Assembly: GCA_050789245.1 (NCBI GenBank)
Contig: JBOZRR010000029.1
Coordinates: 5,556-69,555 of the forward strand
Length of the DNA stretch: 64,000 bases
DNA from: Bryobacteraceae bacterium
GTDB lineage: Bacteria > Acidobacteriota > Terriglobia > Bryobacterales > Bryobacteraceae
Direction: 5' to 3'
Part shown: positions 9,495 to 19,533 of the stretch, one piece after another
Position numbering within the stretch: position 1 is the stretch's first letter
Layout of the letters: every line of letters begins with the position of its first letter
Made by a program: the position numbers and the translations under genes
The notes under the pieces: generated by a model
The model's database searches: none
What the model saw: only the letters and a program-made list of their open reading frames with translations
What the model was told of the DNA's origin: nothing

Positions 9495-10334
9495 ATGCCC
9501 GCGATGAGCCTGTTCTGGCTCCGGCTGGCCGCGCTGCTTTTGAGCGTCGGGCTGCTGGACGCGATCCTCACCCTCCTCAAGAAGCAGACCCGACTGTACA
9601 AGCCGGCGTTGCTCTGCTTTCAGGCGGCTGTGATCTTCCAGTTCGTCGCCATCGTCGAGCATTCCGTCGCCATGCGCCATCTGGCGGCCAACAACTTCTT
9701 CGAGACGGTGACGCTGTGCGCGTTCCTGTTTGCCGTCGTGTTCCTATTCATCCACTGGCGGTATCAGTTCGAAGGCCTCAGCATCTTTGTCTTCCCGCTG
9801 GTCTTTCTGATGACCCTGATCGGCTCGATGGGCACGCCGGTCTCCGGTTGGGCCGACGCGCGGGTCCGCGACGCCTGGCTGTTGGCGCACATCCTGTTGG
9901 TCCTGCTTGGTTACGCAGGGCTACTGATCAGCGCCGGGGCTGCCGTCTTCTACCTGCTGGCCGAGCGCCGGTTGAAACGCAAAACGCGAACCGACGGCAC
10001 GCTCTGGGCCATGTTCCCGTCGGACCGCCTGCCGCCGCTCGAAACGCTCGACTCGCTCATCACGCGCTCGATGAGCATCGGCTTCGTCGCCATCACTCTC
10101 GCCGTCGTGGCGGGCTCCACCTGGGCATTCATCGAATCGGGAACGAAGTGGATCAGCGAGGCCAAAATCGCCGTCTCCCTCATCACCTGGGGTTTCTACC
10201 TGCTGATGGTCTTCCTGCGCATCTCGGCCGGATGGCGCGGAAGGAAGGCGGCCGTGCTTGCTCTGACCGTGGTTGGGTTCGCGGCACTCACCTGGGCCGC
10301 GCACGTCGGGCTGAGGCCCCTGCTGCAGAAATGA
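9495..10334 (+). CDS. cytochrome c assembly protein family membrane protein (CcsA/HemX-like)
   Basis: About 8 hydrophobic helices. It sits directly upstream of hemA, as in many hem operons. The family call comes from general resemblance only. Confidence 0.55.
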   Translation: MPAMSLFWLRLAALLLSVGLLDAILTLLKKQTRLYKPALLCFQAAVIFQFVAIVEHSVAMRHLAANNFFETVTLCAFLFAVVFLFIHWRYQFEGLSIFVFPLVFLMTLIGSMGTPVSGWADARVRDAWLLAHILLVLLGYAGLLISAGAAVFYLLAERRLKRKTRTDGTLWAMFPSDRLPPLETLDSLITRSMSIGFVAITLAVVAGSTWAFIESGTKWISEAKIAVSLITWGFYLLMVFLRISAGWRGRKAAVLALTVVGFAALTWAAHVGLRPLLQK

Positions 10335-10347
10335 GCCGCGCGTCGCG

Positions 10348-11622
10348 ATGAAGGTTTTGTTGACAGGATTGAGCCACCACACCGCGCCGGTCGACGTGCG
10401 CGAACGCGTGGCATTCCCCGAGTCCGCGCTGGGCGAGGCATTGGACGATCTTCGCGCGCGAAACGGCGTTCGCGAGGCCATGATCCTCTCCACCTGCAAC
10501 CGCGTGGAGGTGGCGGTGACGGCCGAGGACAGCGCCTCGCCCGACGAGGTGGTCCGCTTCCTGGCGGCGCGTTACAGCCTCGATCCCGCTTGGCTTCAGA
10601 CGTATCTCTACCGCTACGAGGACCAGGAGGCCATCCGGCACCTGTTCCGCGTCGCGGCATCACTCGACTCGATGGTTGTCGGCGAGCCGCAGATCCTCGG
10701 ACAGCTCAAGCAGGCGTACGTCACGGCGCGGGAGCGTGGCACCGTGAACGGCTTTCTCGACGCCATCGTGACGCGGGCGTTCAGCGTCGCCAAGCGCGTC
10801 CGGTCGGAGACGGGCATCGCGCGCAACGCGGTGTCGGTTAGCTCGGCTGCGGTCGATCTGGCCCGGCAGATCTTCGGGTCGCTCAACGACAAACGCGTCC
10901 TGCTGATCGGCGCGGGCAAGATGAGCGAACTGGCCGCGCGCCACCTGCATGCCGCCGGCTGCGGATCGATCCTGGTGACCAACCGCACACACCAGCGCGC
11001 CGCCGAGATGGCCGAACTCGTCGACGGCCATGTCATCGAATACGACGGCTACCACTCGCGCCTTCATGAGATGGACATCGTGCTGACGTCCAGCGGCGCG
11101 CCCGACTATCTGTTGAAGAAGGACGAGATGCGAAAGGTGCTCGAGAAGCGCCGCAACCGTCCGATGTTCCTGATCGACATCGCCGTGCCGCGCAACATCG
11201 CGCCGGAAGTCAACGAGATCGAGAACATCTACCTCTACGACATCGACGACCTCGGCAATGCCGTCGAACAGAACCGCCGCGCGCGCCAGGAAGAGGCGGT
11301 TCACGCCGAGCAGATCATCACGTACGAAATCGACCGGCTGATGGAGCGACTGAAAGTGCGCGAGGTCGCGCCTACCATCGTCGGCATCCAGCAGCAGCTC
11401 GACGAGATCAGCCGCGCGGAGCTCGACCGTGTCCGCGGCAAGCTCGGCGAGCTCACGCCGCAACAGGAAGAAGCATTGCAGACCTACACGCGCGGTTTGC
11501 TCAACAAGATCGCGCACGGGCCGATGGTGGAACTGCGCCGCGCGGCGGCCCGGCCCGAAGGCGACCGCGTCATCCGCCTGGTGCGCCGCATGTTCCGGCT
11601 GGAGGAGCAGGGCGAAGAATGA
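10348..11622 (+). CDS. hemA: glutamyl-tRNA reductase
   Basis: LSTCNRVE active-site Cys block, GAGKMSEL NADPH site, full-length 424 aa. The stop overlaps the hemC start (ATGA). Confidence 0.95.
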   Translation: MKVLLTGLSHHTAPVDVRERVAFPESALGEALDDLRARNGVREAMILSTCNRVEVAVTAEDSASPDEVVRFLAARYSLDPAWLQTYLYRYEDQEAIRHLFRVAASLDSMVVGEPQILGQLKQAYVTARERGTVNGFLDAIVTRAFSVAKRVRSETGIARNAVSVSSAAVDLARQIFGSLNDKRVLLIGAGKMSELAARHLHAAGCGSILVTNRTHQRAAEMAELVDGHVIEYDGYHSRLHEMDIVLTSSGAPDYLLKKDEMRKVLEKRRNRPMFLIDIAVPRNIAPEVNEIENIYLYDIDDLGNAVEQNRRARQEEAVHAEQIITYEIDRLMERLKVREVAPTIVGIQQQLDEISRAELDRVRGKLGELTPQQEEALQTYTRGLLNKIAHGPMVELRRAAARPEGDRVIRLVRRMFRLEEQGEE

Positions 11623-13256
11623 AGACTGCACTGATCATCGGGAGCCGCGGCTCGCAGCTCGCCCTGTGGCAGGCCAACTACATCAAATCGTGCCTGGAAG
11701 CGCTGGGCGCCGAAGTCCGCATCGAGATCATCCGCACCACCGGCGACAAGATCACCGACGTCCCTCTGGCCAAGGTCGGCGGCAAGGGACTCTTTACGAA
11801 GGAGATCGAGGAGGCGCTGCTCGACGGACGCATCGACCTCGCCGTACACAGCCTGAAGGACCTGCCCACTGAACTGCCCGCCGACCTGACGCTGGCCGCC
11901 GTGCCCGAACGCGAACTGCCTTACGACGCGCTGCTCGGCGCGAAGCTCAGCGAGATTCCGCACGGCGCACGCGTCGGAACCAGTTCCCTGCGCCGCGCGG
12001 CTCAGTTGCGTGCTCTACGGCCGGACCTAGTGCTCGAAAACATTCGCGGCAACCTCGACACGCGAATCCGCAAGCTCGATGAGGGCCAGTACGACGCCAT
12101 CCTGCTGGCCGCCGCGGGCCTGCGGCGACTTGGCTGGGAGAATCGCATCGCCGAGTTGCTGCCGCCCGAAACTATGTGCCCGGCCGTCGGCCAGGGTGCG
12201 CTGGGCATCGAGACCCGCGACCAAGGCCCCGCGCTCGAGATCTGCCGCAAACTGGAACACGCTCCCACGCGCGCCGCGGTCGAGGCCGAACGCGCACTTC
12301 TCGCCGGACTCGGTGGAGGCTGCCAGGTGCCCATCGGCGCGCACGCCACGGTCGAAAGCGGCCGCCTCACGCTACGGGCCGTCGTGGCGCATCCCGGCGG
12401 CGGCACGATTCTGCGCCAGCAATGCGAAGGTGCGGCCGACGATGCGAAATCGGTCGGGACGCAGGCCGCGAAGGCCCTGCTCGACGCCGGCGCGCGCGAC
12501 ATTCTGGTGGAAGTCTATGGCGAAACGCAGCCGCTCAAGGGCAAACGCGTCGTCGTCACCCGTGCCCGCGAACAGGCCGGACCCTTCGCCGATCAGCTTC
12601 GCCGCCTCGGCGCCGAGGTCGTCGAACTCCCCGCCATCGAACTCGCCGCCATCGAGTTCACGCCCGTCGATCTCACCGCTTACGACTGGTTGATCTTTAC
12701 TTCCGCCAACGGCGTACGCTTCTTCTTCGGCACGCAGGGCCGGCCGGTGAATCTTCATGCGAAGATCGCCGTCGTCGGACCGGCCACCGCCGCCGCTCTC
12801 GAAGAGTTCGGCCTCACAGCCGCGATCGTCGCAGAAGAACACGTCGCCGAAGGCCTGCTCGACGCGCTCGCCAACGTCGACCTCTCGCACAACAACATTC
12901 TGTTACCCGTGGCCGCCTCGACGCGCGACGTCCTGCCCCGCGAACTTACCGCGCGTGGTGCAAACGTCGCCACGCTACCCGTTTACAGGAACACCGCTCC
13001 GGAAGGCCTCGAACAAGCTGCCCAGGCCCTCTTTACGGCCGGGCCCAAGCCCGAATGGATCACATTCATGAGCCCCTCCGCCGTGAAGAATATACTCGCC
13101 GCCGCCGGCCACGACGCGCTCTCCGGCGTGAAGATTGCCAGCATCGGCGGCGTCACCTCGGAGGCGATTCGCAAGCACGGCCTGACCGTCACTGTCGAAG
13201 CCGATCCGTCGACCGCCGAAGCCCTGGCCGAAGCGATGGCGAGATCAGAACTCTGA
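11619..13256 (+). CDS. hemC: fused hydroxymethylbilane synthase (HemC) / uroporphyrinogen-III synthase (HemD)
   Basis: Residues 1 to ~300 carry IGSRGSQLALWQA, VHSLKDLP, GTSSLRR and GGGCQVP (HemC). Residues ~310-545 carry RVVVTRAREQA...FTSANGV...ITFMSPSAV (HemD-like). Confidence 0.9.
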   Translation: MKTALIIGSRGSQLALWQANYIKSCLEALGAEVRIEIIRTTGDKITDVPLAKVGGKGLFTKEIEEALLDGRIDLAVHSLKDLPTELPADLTLAAVPERELPYDALLGAKLSEIPHGARVGTSSLRRAAQLRALRPDLVLENIRGNLDTRIRKLDEGQYDAILLAAAGLRRLGWENRIAELLPPETMCPAVGQGALGIETRDQGPALEICRKLEHAPTRAAVEAERALLAGLGGGCQVPIGAHATVESGRLTLRAVVAHPGGGTILRQQCEGAADDAKSVGTQAAKALLDAGARDILVEVYGETQPLKGKRVVVTRAREQAGPFADQLRRLGAEVVELPAIELAAIEFTPVDLTAYDWLIFTSANGVRFFFGTQGRPVNLHAKIAVVGPATAAALEEFGLTAAIVAEEHVAEGLLDALANVDLSHNNILLPVAASTRDVLPRELTARGANVATLPVYRNTAPEGLEQAAQALFTAGPKPEWITFMSPSAVKNILAAAGHDALSGVKIASIGGVTSEAIRKHGLTVTVEADPSTAEALAEAMARSEL

Positions 13257-13261
13257 GGTCT

Positions 13262-14086
13262 TCACAGGCCCGGCTGTGGCATGGTTGGCTTGTACCGTTT
13301 CAGGCGCCGCAAATCGCGCTTGGCAATGCCGCCGTACTCCCGGCACCCCTTCCCTCGTTCAAGCAGTCTCTCCGCATAAAGCCGGAGTTCGGGTAGAGCC
13401 TTTGAACTGGCCGGCATTCGAAGGTCTGTCAGCATGAACGTGAGCGTGCCGCCGGTCATTCCAGCCAGACACACGTCGCGCGATGTTAGCAGCTCAGGTT
13501 TGATCCGTCTCCCGACTTCAACCGAGTCGGCCGGCACCCATTCGGCCTTAATGCCTTCCGATGCTGTAATCGCGATTCCATAGCTCGACGCAAGGTAGCC
13601 TATCGGGACCGGGGAATCCGGCTGAATCGTCTGCGCTCGCCGCAGCAACTGCTCAAGCCGCGCATAGCTCACAAATAGGAACACCTCCGCCGCATTCATC
13701 AGGACGAAGAAGTTGTCTGGATTCTCGCCGATGTGCCGTTCCCAGATCGATTGCAGCCTGGCCGTTTCCTCCGCACCCACTCGCAGCAGGGCAAACGACG
13801 CGCTCACCGAGACGCCCTGGATCGGACGGTTCTCCACCAGCCAAAGCGCATGTGTGCGCAAGCGCTCCCGCTCATCGCTCCGCTCGTAATGCTTGACCAG
13901 GACGTCCCGGCTGTCGGCGTCTGCCGGGTTCTTCAGAATCGACGCCTCGAGTTCCTTCGCCTCCTCCGGCGTTACCCAGCGCGCGGCACGCCGCTCCTGC
14001 GGGGGCGGGAGACACTCCCATTCCGGCGGCATGGTTTGCCCGAAAAGCGCGCCTGCCGCAATCAGCCACGCGAACAGCCTTGGCAT
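13262..14086 (-). CDS. hypothetical exported protein
   Basis: Signal-like MPRLFAWLIAAGALFG. Coding-like composition, no recognised motif. Confidence 0.5.
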   Translation of the reverse strand: MPRLFAWLIAAGALFGQTMPPEWECLPPPQERRAARWVTPEEAKELEASILKNPADADSRDVLVKHYERSDERERLRTHALWLVENRPIQGVSVSASFALLRVGAEETARLQSIWERHIGENPDNFFVLMNAAEVFLFVSYARLEQLLRRAQTIQPDSPVPIGYLASSYGIAITASEGIKAEWVPADSVEVGRRIKPELLTSRDVCLAGMTGGTLTFMLTDLRMPASSKALPELRLYAERLLERGKGCREYGGIAKRDLRRLKRYKPTMPQPGL

Positions 14087-14138
14087 ATCCCCGGCTTACC
14101 ATGGGCCGCCGGATAGGTCAACCGGAACCGGCCGCCGG

Positions 14139-14684
14139 CTAGCCCGCCGCCTTCATCCGCTCCAGCACTTCCGCCCAGTATTCTTTCCGCGCCTTCACGT
14201 CATCGGCGCTGGAGAGCTTATTGTGCTGCACGGTCACCTGGCACCTATCCTCGCCCTTCGCGTAGAACCCCACGTCCACCCGTGTGCCGTCGTCGAACGC
14301 CAGGCGCACCCACTTCGTCGGATTGACCGTGGTTACCTTGTATTTCGCCGCGCCCGTCAGCTTCTTGCGCAGCTTTGCGTCGCTCCACTGCTCGAAGGCT
14401 GCTTCGATGGGCAGCGCCATCGTCCGGCTCAGGTTCGCCGAGAAGCCGTCCGTCTTCTGGTGCACTTCGCGCAACCCCTTGGCTTGCTCGTAGCCGACGG
14501 TCACCATCTGGCACCACCACGGTCCGATCTTGTACTTGTCATGCACAAGCTGGGCAATTTCCTTGTGCGAAAGCTGGTTCGCCTTGTCGCTGTCCAGCGC
14601 TTCGATCCATTGGTCCCAGCCGCGCCCAGTCTTGGCTTTCACGGCCTCGGACGAGATGCCGCCGTAGGATGGTTCACCGGCCAT
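14139..14684 (-). CDS. SRPBCC/AHSA1-like domain protein with small N-terminal helical domain
   Basis: C-terminal FSANLSRTMALPIEAAFEQWSD...VTVQH resembles the Aha1/SRPBCC fold. Start moved to MAGEPSYGG. Weak family call. Confidence 0.5.
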   Translation of the reverse strand: MAGEPSYGGISSEAVKAKTGRGWDQWIEALDSDKANQLSHKEIAQLVHDKYKIGPWWCQMVTVGYEQAKGLREVHQKTDGFSANLSRTMALPIEAAFEQWSDAKLRKKLTGAAKYKVTTVNPTKWVRLAFDDGTRVDVGFYAKGEDRCQVTVQHNKLSSADDVKARKEYWAEVLERMKAAG

Positions 14685-14746
14685 TGATCCCTCCCATCGG
14701 AACTTCAACAGCATTTTGATCGACCTGTCGAGTAAAATCCAGTCCA

Positions 14747-16132
14747 ATGGCCTCTTCCCCATCGCTTCTCCGCCAGCTTGGCCTGTTCAGTGCCATCGCC
14801 CTGGTGATCTCGAACATGATCGGGACGGGCATCTTCACGACCACCGGGTTCCTCGCAGGCCAACTCGGTACGCCCAAACTCGTTCTCATCATCTGGATGG
14901 TCGGCGCGGTCTTCGCTCTGGCCGGCGCTCTCTGCTACTCCGAGCTCGGAATCAATTTTCCGGCCTCCGGCGGCGAGTATGTCTACCTCACCCGCGCCTA
15001 CGGCCCCACCTGGGGCTTCATGAGCGGCTGGGTCAGCTTCTTCGCCGGATTCTCCGCGCCCATCGCCGCCGCCGCGCTCGCCTTCTCCGACTACCTCGGC
15101 TACTTCCTGCCTGCGCTGCGCCAGGAGAGCGCCTGGTTCCGCTGGCAGATGGGCGACATCGGCTTGCAGATGGGCTGGGCGCAGATCGCAGCAGCCGGGA
15201 TGATCCTGGTCTTCACCATCCTCAACTTGTTCGGTGTGCAGTTCATCGCGCGCATCCAGAACCTGCTCACCAGCGTGAAGATCCTGGTGATGTTCGCCTT
15301 CATCGGCCTGGGATTCACCATCGGCCAGGGCGATTGGGCGCACTTCTCCATGGCGACCGAGCGTACCGTCACCACTTCCATCCCCGCGCAGTTTGCCATC
15401 AGCCTGTTCTGGATCTACGTCGGCTACAGCGGCTGGAACGCGGCGACCTACGTCGCCGAGGAGCTTCGCAAGCCGGAACGGACGCTTCCCTGGGCCTTAA
15501 CCTTCGGCACCATCTTCGTCGCCGTGCTGTACCTTCTCTTCAACGTCGTCTTTATCTACGCCTCTCCGCTCGAGGACATGAAGAACGTCATCGCCATCGG
15601 CTCGCTCACGGCCAAGGCGCTGTTCGGCCCCGAAATCGCAGGAATCTTCTCCGGCCTGCTCGCGCTCTCTCTGATGTCCACCGTGAACGCCATGGTCACC
15701 ATCGGCCCGCGCCTTTACTACGCCATGGCGAAGAACAAGGCATTCCATCCGGTGGCCGCGAAGATCCACCCCGAATGGCGCACGCCCGTGCCTGCCATTC
15801 TCTGCCAGGGCGCCTGCGCCATGCTGATGACTCTCTTCAGCTTCGGCCTTCTTATCGTTTACATCGGCTTTTTGCTGAACTTTTTCGCCGTGCTCGCCGT
15901 CGCCAGCCTGTGGAAGTTCCGCGGCCGGGAGGGCTGGCAGAAGCTCGGTGTGGTCAGCTTCGCATGGCCCCTGATGCCCGCTCTCTTCGTGCTGCCGGGC
16001 GTCTGGATGACCATTTACGGGGCCATGCTCGCGCCTGCCATCTCGATGGCCGCCGCGCTGACGCTTGCCACCGGCGCCGCCGTTTACCACTTCAAGATCC
16101 GCCCGCAGGCCAGCGCGGACGTCGCCGTCTGA
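14747..16132 (+). CDS. APC-family amino acid permease
   Basis: About 12 TM helices. N-terminal ALVISNMIGTGIFTT and YSELG..FPASGGEYVY blocks are typical of APC transporters. Confidence 0.9.
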   Translation: MASSPSLLRQLGLFSAIALVISNMIGTGIFTTTGFLAGQLGTPKLVLIIWMVGAVFALAGALCYSELGINFPASGGEYVYLTRAYGPTWGFMSGWVSFFAGFSAPIAAAALAFSDYLGYFLPALRQESAWFRWQMGDIGLQMGWAQIAAAGMILVFTILNLFGVQFIARIQNLLTSVKILVMFAFIGLGFTIGQGDWAHFSMATERTVTTSIPAQFAISLFWIYVGYSGWNAATYVAEELRKPERTLPWALTFGTIFVAVLYLLFNVVFIYASPLEDMKNVIAIGSLTAKALFGPEIAGIFSGLLALSLMSTVNAMVTIGPRLYYAMAKNKAFHPVAAKIHPEWRTPVPAILCQGACAMLMTLFSFGLLIVYIGFLLNFFAVLAVASLWKFRGREGWQKLGVVSFAWPLMPALFVLPGVWMTIYGAMLAPAISMAAALTLATGAAVYHFKIRPQASADVAV

Positions 16133-16146
16133 TATCGTCGGAATTG

Positions 16147-17061
16147 ATGCCGATCGTCCTCGACGGGAAAGCCGTCAACCAGCAGATCCTTGACGAACTG
16201 AAGCCCACCATCGCGCACCTCGCCGCCACGCGCCGCCCTCCGGGACTTGCCGTCATCCTGGTGGGCAACAACCCGGCCAGCGAGATTTACGTCGGCTCCA
16301 AAGTCCGCACCTGCAACGAACTCGGCATGCGCAGCGAGGAGCTTCGCCTACCGGATACGATCAGCACCGAGGAACTGCTCGCCCACATCGACGCCTTCAA
16401 CCTGGACCCCGGCATCGATGGCATTCTCGTCCAGATGCCGCTCCCGCTCCAGGTGGATTCCCGCGCGGTGCTGCTCGCGATCGATCCCGCCAAGGATGTC
16501 GACGGCTTCCATCCCATGAACGTCGGCAACCTGGTCGGCAATATCCCCGGCCCGCGCCCGTGTACGCCGGCCGGCGTCATGGAACTGTTGAAACGAAACA
16601 ACATCCAGATCAAGGGCAAACGCGCCGTGGTCGTGGGCCGCAGCGACATCGTCGGCAAGCCCATGGCCCTGCTGCTGCTGCACCAGCACGCCACGGTCAC
16701 CATCTGCCATTCGCGTACCGCCGATCTGCCCGGCGAAAGCCGCCGCGGCGAGATCCTGGTAGCCGCCATCGGCCGCACCGGCATGATCGATAAGGACTAC
16801 ATCGGCGAAGGCGCCGTCGTCATCGATGTCGGCATCAACCGCGTCACGGACCGCGACGAAGCCGCCCGCCTCACCGGCAACGATCCCGTTCGCATGGCCG
16901 GTTTCGACAAGCGTGGAAGCATCGTCGTCGGGGACTGCCACCCCGTTGACGTCGCAGCCCGCTCCTTCGCTTACACGCCCGTCCCCGGCGGCGTGGGTCC
17001 GCTCACCATCGCCATGCTCATGCGGAACACCGTGGAAAGCGCCGAGCGCCGGCTCAAGTAG
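16147..17061 (+). CDS. folD: bifunctional methylenetetrahydrofolate dehydrogenase/cyclohydrolase
   Basis: MPIVLDGK...LAVILVGNNPASEIYVGSK...GILVQMPLP...DVDGFHP...VVVGRSDIVGKPMA...PVPGGVGPLTIAML. This is the real 3' part of the 781-aa track ORF. Confidence 0.95.
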   Translation: MPIVLDGKAVNQQILDELKPTIAHLAATRRPPGLAVILVGNNPASEIYVGSKVRTCNELGMRSEELRLPDTISTEELLAHIDAFNLDPGIDGILVQMPLPLQVDSRAVLLAIDPAKDVDGFHPMNVGNLVGNIPGPRPCTPAGVMELLKRNNIQIKGKRAVVVGRSDIVGKPMALLLLHQHATVTICHSRTADLPGESRRGEILVAAIGRTGMIDKDYIGEGAVVIDVGINRVTDRDEAARLTGNDPVRMAGFDKRGSIVVGDCHPVDVAARSFAYTPVPGGVGPLTIAMLMRNTVESAERRLK

Positions 17062-17070
17062 AATCAACCA

Positions 17071-17676
17071 ATGCTCCGAGTTGGGCTCACCGGCGGCCTC
17101 GCCACGGGAAAGAGCTTCGTGGGCCGGATCCTCGAAGACCTCGGTTGCCGTCTGCTCAAAGCGGACGCCCTGGGTCACGAGGCCATCGAGCCCGGCGGCC
17201 CCGCCTTCGAATCCGTCCTCGCCGAGTTTGGCCGCGAGATGCTCGACGAAACCGGGCACATCGACCGCCGCAAACTCGCGGGCGAAGTCTTCGACAAGCC
17301 TGACCGCCTGGCCGCGCTCAACGCCATCATCCACCCCGTTGTCATCGCCCGCGAAGAGGAGTGGATGCGGCAGGTAGAGGCCGCCAACCCCCGCACGATT
17401 GCCATCGTTGAAGCGGCTATCCTGATAGAGACGGGGAGCCATAAACGCTTCGACAAGCTGGTGTTGACGGTGTGCAGCCGGGAACAGCAGATCGAGAGGG
17501 CGATGAAGCGCGACAAGCTGACTCGGGAGGAAGTGTTGAGCCGCCTCGAACGCCAGATGCCTCTTGACGAGAAACGCAAGTTCGCCGATTTCGTCATAGA
17601 TACATCGGGCGAGAAGTCCGCCACGGAGCGGCAGGTGGAACAGCTCTACGTCGCATTGCAGAGGTTGACCCTATGA
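17071..17676 (+). CDS. coaE: dephospho-CoA kinase
   Basis: P-loop GLTGGLATGKS and typical length. Overlaps the next gene by 4 nt. Confidence 0.9.
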   Translation: MLRVGLTGGLATGKSFVGRILEDLGCRLLKADALGHEAIEPGGPAFESVLAEFGREMLDETGHIDRRKLAGEVFDKPDRLAALNAIIHPVVIAREEEWMRQVEAANPRTIAIVEAAILIETGSHKRFDKLVLTVCSREQQIERAMKRDKLTREEVLSRLERQMPLDEKRKFADFVIDTSGEKSATERQVEQLYVALQRLTL

Positions 17677-18824
17677 GAAGCAGACTGTTGATCATCGCCG
17701 CCCTCCTCGTGGGCGGCTTCGTCCTGGGCACCAGCAGCAGCCGCTGGGGGATGCGGAGCTGGTTTCCGGCCAGCACGCCGGCCTCAGGCGCCCTGTGGAC
17801 CGAACCCGACGTTGTTCGCGGCGCCGGCCTCAGCTCGGACGAACTGAACAACATCGAAGTCTACAAGCGCAATCGCGCGGCCACAGTCAACATCAGCTCG
17901 GTGGTCTACCGGCAAAACTGGTTCCTGGAGATCTACCCGCAGCGCGGGTCGGGCTCGGGCTTCGTCATCCGCAAGGATGGCCTGATCCTCACCAACAATC
18001 ACGTCGTCGCCGGACGCGCGCCGGAGATCCAGGTCACCCTCGTCGACGGCGCCAAGTACAAAGCCTCCGTCATTCATCGCGATCCCGCCAACGACCTGGC
18101 GCTAATCAAGATCCAGCCCAAGGGCGAGCTCGGCGTCCTCCCTCTCGGCGATTCCGACAAGCTTCAGGTGGGCCAAAAGGTACTCGCCATCGGCAACCCC
18201 TTCGGCCTCGATCACACCCTGACCACCGGCATCATCAGCTCACTCAATCGCAACCTGAACGATGAAAACAACCGCACGCTCGAAGGCATGATCCAGACCG
18301 ACGCCGCGATCAACCCCGGCAATTCCGGCGGTCCGCTCTTCGACTCCCTCGGCAACGTCATCGGCATCAACACCGCCATCTACGGGCCCGGCGGCAACAT
18401 CGGCATCGGCTTCGCCATGCCCATCAACCGCGCCAAGCTCATGCTGGAGGCCTACAACAGCGGCAAGAAGTTCGGCCGTCCGCGCCTTGGCGTCGACGTC
18501 GCGCATATCTACGGCGATCTCGCTGTTGAACTTGGTCTCCCCGAACAAGGCGGCCTGCTGATTCAGAGCATCTTGCCCGGCTCAGCCGCCGATACCGCCG
18601 GCCTGCACGGTCCGCGCCGCGTCGTCGTCGTCGGCAACTTCCAGATCGGCATCGGTGGCGACCTCATCCTCTCCATCGACGGCCAGCCCGCCGACCGCGT
18701 CGATGCCCTCACCCGCGCCATGTCCCGCAAGCGTCCAGGCGATAAACTGGATCTCGTCGTCTTCCGGAACAACCGGAAAGTGCCCCTCGCGGTCACGCTC
18801 GGTGAATGGGAAGGCGAACTTTAG
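17673..18824 (+). CDS. HtrA/DegP-family serine protease with one PDZ domain
   Basis: TNNHVV (His), DLALIK (Asp), GNSGGPL (Ser). C-terminal PDZ-like LIQSILPGSAADTAGL. N-terminal anchor. Confidence 0.9.
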   Translation: MRSRLLIIAALLVGGFVLGTSSSRWGMRSWFPASTPASGALWTEPDVVRGAGLSSDELNNIEVYKRNRAATVNISSVVYRQNWFLEIYPQRGSGSGFVIRKDGLILTNNHVVAGRAPEIQVTLVDGAKYKASVIHRDPANDLALIKIQPKGELGVLPLGDSDKLQVGQKVLAIGNPFGLDHTLTTGIISSLNRNLNDENNRTLEGMIQTDAAINPGNSGGPLFDSLGNVIGINTAIYGPGGNIGIGFAMPINRAKLMLEAYNSGKKFGRPRLGVDVAHIYGDLAVELGLPEQGGLLIQSILPGSAADTAGLHGPRRVVVVGNFQIGIGGDLILSIDGQPADRVDALTRAMSRKRPGDKLDLVVFRNNRKVPLAVTLGEWEGEL

Positions 18825-18836
18825 GAGATTGCCGCA

Positions 18837-19463
18837 ATGAAGCAGTTGTGTCTGGTCCTCGCTCTGCTCGCCCTGCCTGTGTTTGGTGCGGATAAGCAGC
18901 TTTTCAATGGGAAGAACCTCGATGGCTGGAAGATGACCGGCCCGGGGCGGTTTGTCGTCGACCCCGACGGCACCATGCACACCGAAGGCGGAATGGGCCT
19001 GCTCGTCTATGAGAAGCAGAGCTTCGGCGAGAGCGTGCTGAAGGTCGTCTACAAGACCACCGGCGGGCGCGACAACTCCGGCGTCGTCATCCGAATGCCG
19101 GAGCCCGCCATCGACCCCTGGTACGGTGTTCACAACGGGTACGAAGTGCAGATCGACGCCGGCGGCGACGAATGGCACTCCACTGGAGCGCTCTATTCCA
19201 TCTCGAAGGTCACCTCGCGTGAACAGAAGGGCGCCAACGAATGGAACGTGATGGAGATCGAGCTCCGCGGCCCCGTCACCATCGTCAACGTCAACGGCAA
19301 GAAGGTGAACGAATACCGCGAAGGCCAGCCCGTGCCGGAGCGCAAGATCTGGTACGAACCCGTCCGGGGCGCCCGTCCCGAGGTCGGCTACATCGGGCTT
19401 CAGAACCACGACGGCAACTCCAAGGTAGTCTTCAAGGAGATCAGCGTCCGGCCGCTGAAGTAG
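18837..19463 (+). CDS. DUF1080 (3-keto-disaccharide hydrolase-like) domain protein, exported
   Basis: Signal peptide. LFNGKNLDGWK...NSGV..R...YEVQI.D......TGALY...NEW....I...G....VNG...GYIGLQNHD...V.FK.I pattern. Confidence 0.85.
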   Translation: MKQLCLVLALLALPVFGADKQLFNGKNLDGWKMTGPGRFVVDPDGTMHTEGGMGLLVYEKQSFGESVLKVVYKTTGGRDNSGVVIRMPEPAIDPWYGVHNGYEVQIDAGGDEWHSTGALYSISKVTSREQKGANEWNVMEIELRGPVTIVNVNGKKVNEYREGQPVPERKIWYEPVRGARPEVGYIGLQNHDGNSKVVFKEISVRPLK

Positions 19464-19533
19464 AAAAGGCAGCCCTTACTTCTCAGGCGCGAATGCGGGA
19501 CGCCTCTCGCGCGTCCTGCATCTATAGAGAGGA

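Noticed and set aside
12176-13396. 406-aa + strand ORF
   Set aside because: It is an alternate frame inside hemC-hemD and is made of Arg/Pro/Gly runs.
14716-16146. First ~477 codons of the 781-aa + strand track ORF
   Set aside because: This is an alternate frame of the APC permease gene. The sequence is Arg/His/Pro-rich with no hydrophobic helices. Only the folD part from ATG 16147 is real.
16348-17442. 364-aa reverse-strand ORF
   Set aside because: It is antisense to folD and coaE and has the same antisense composition.
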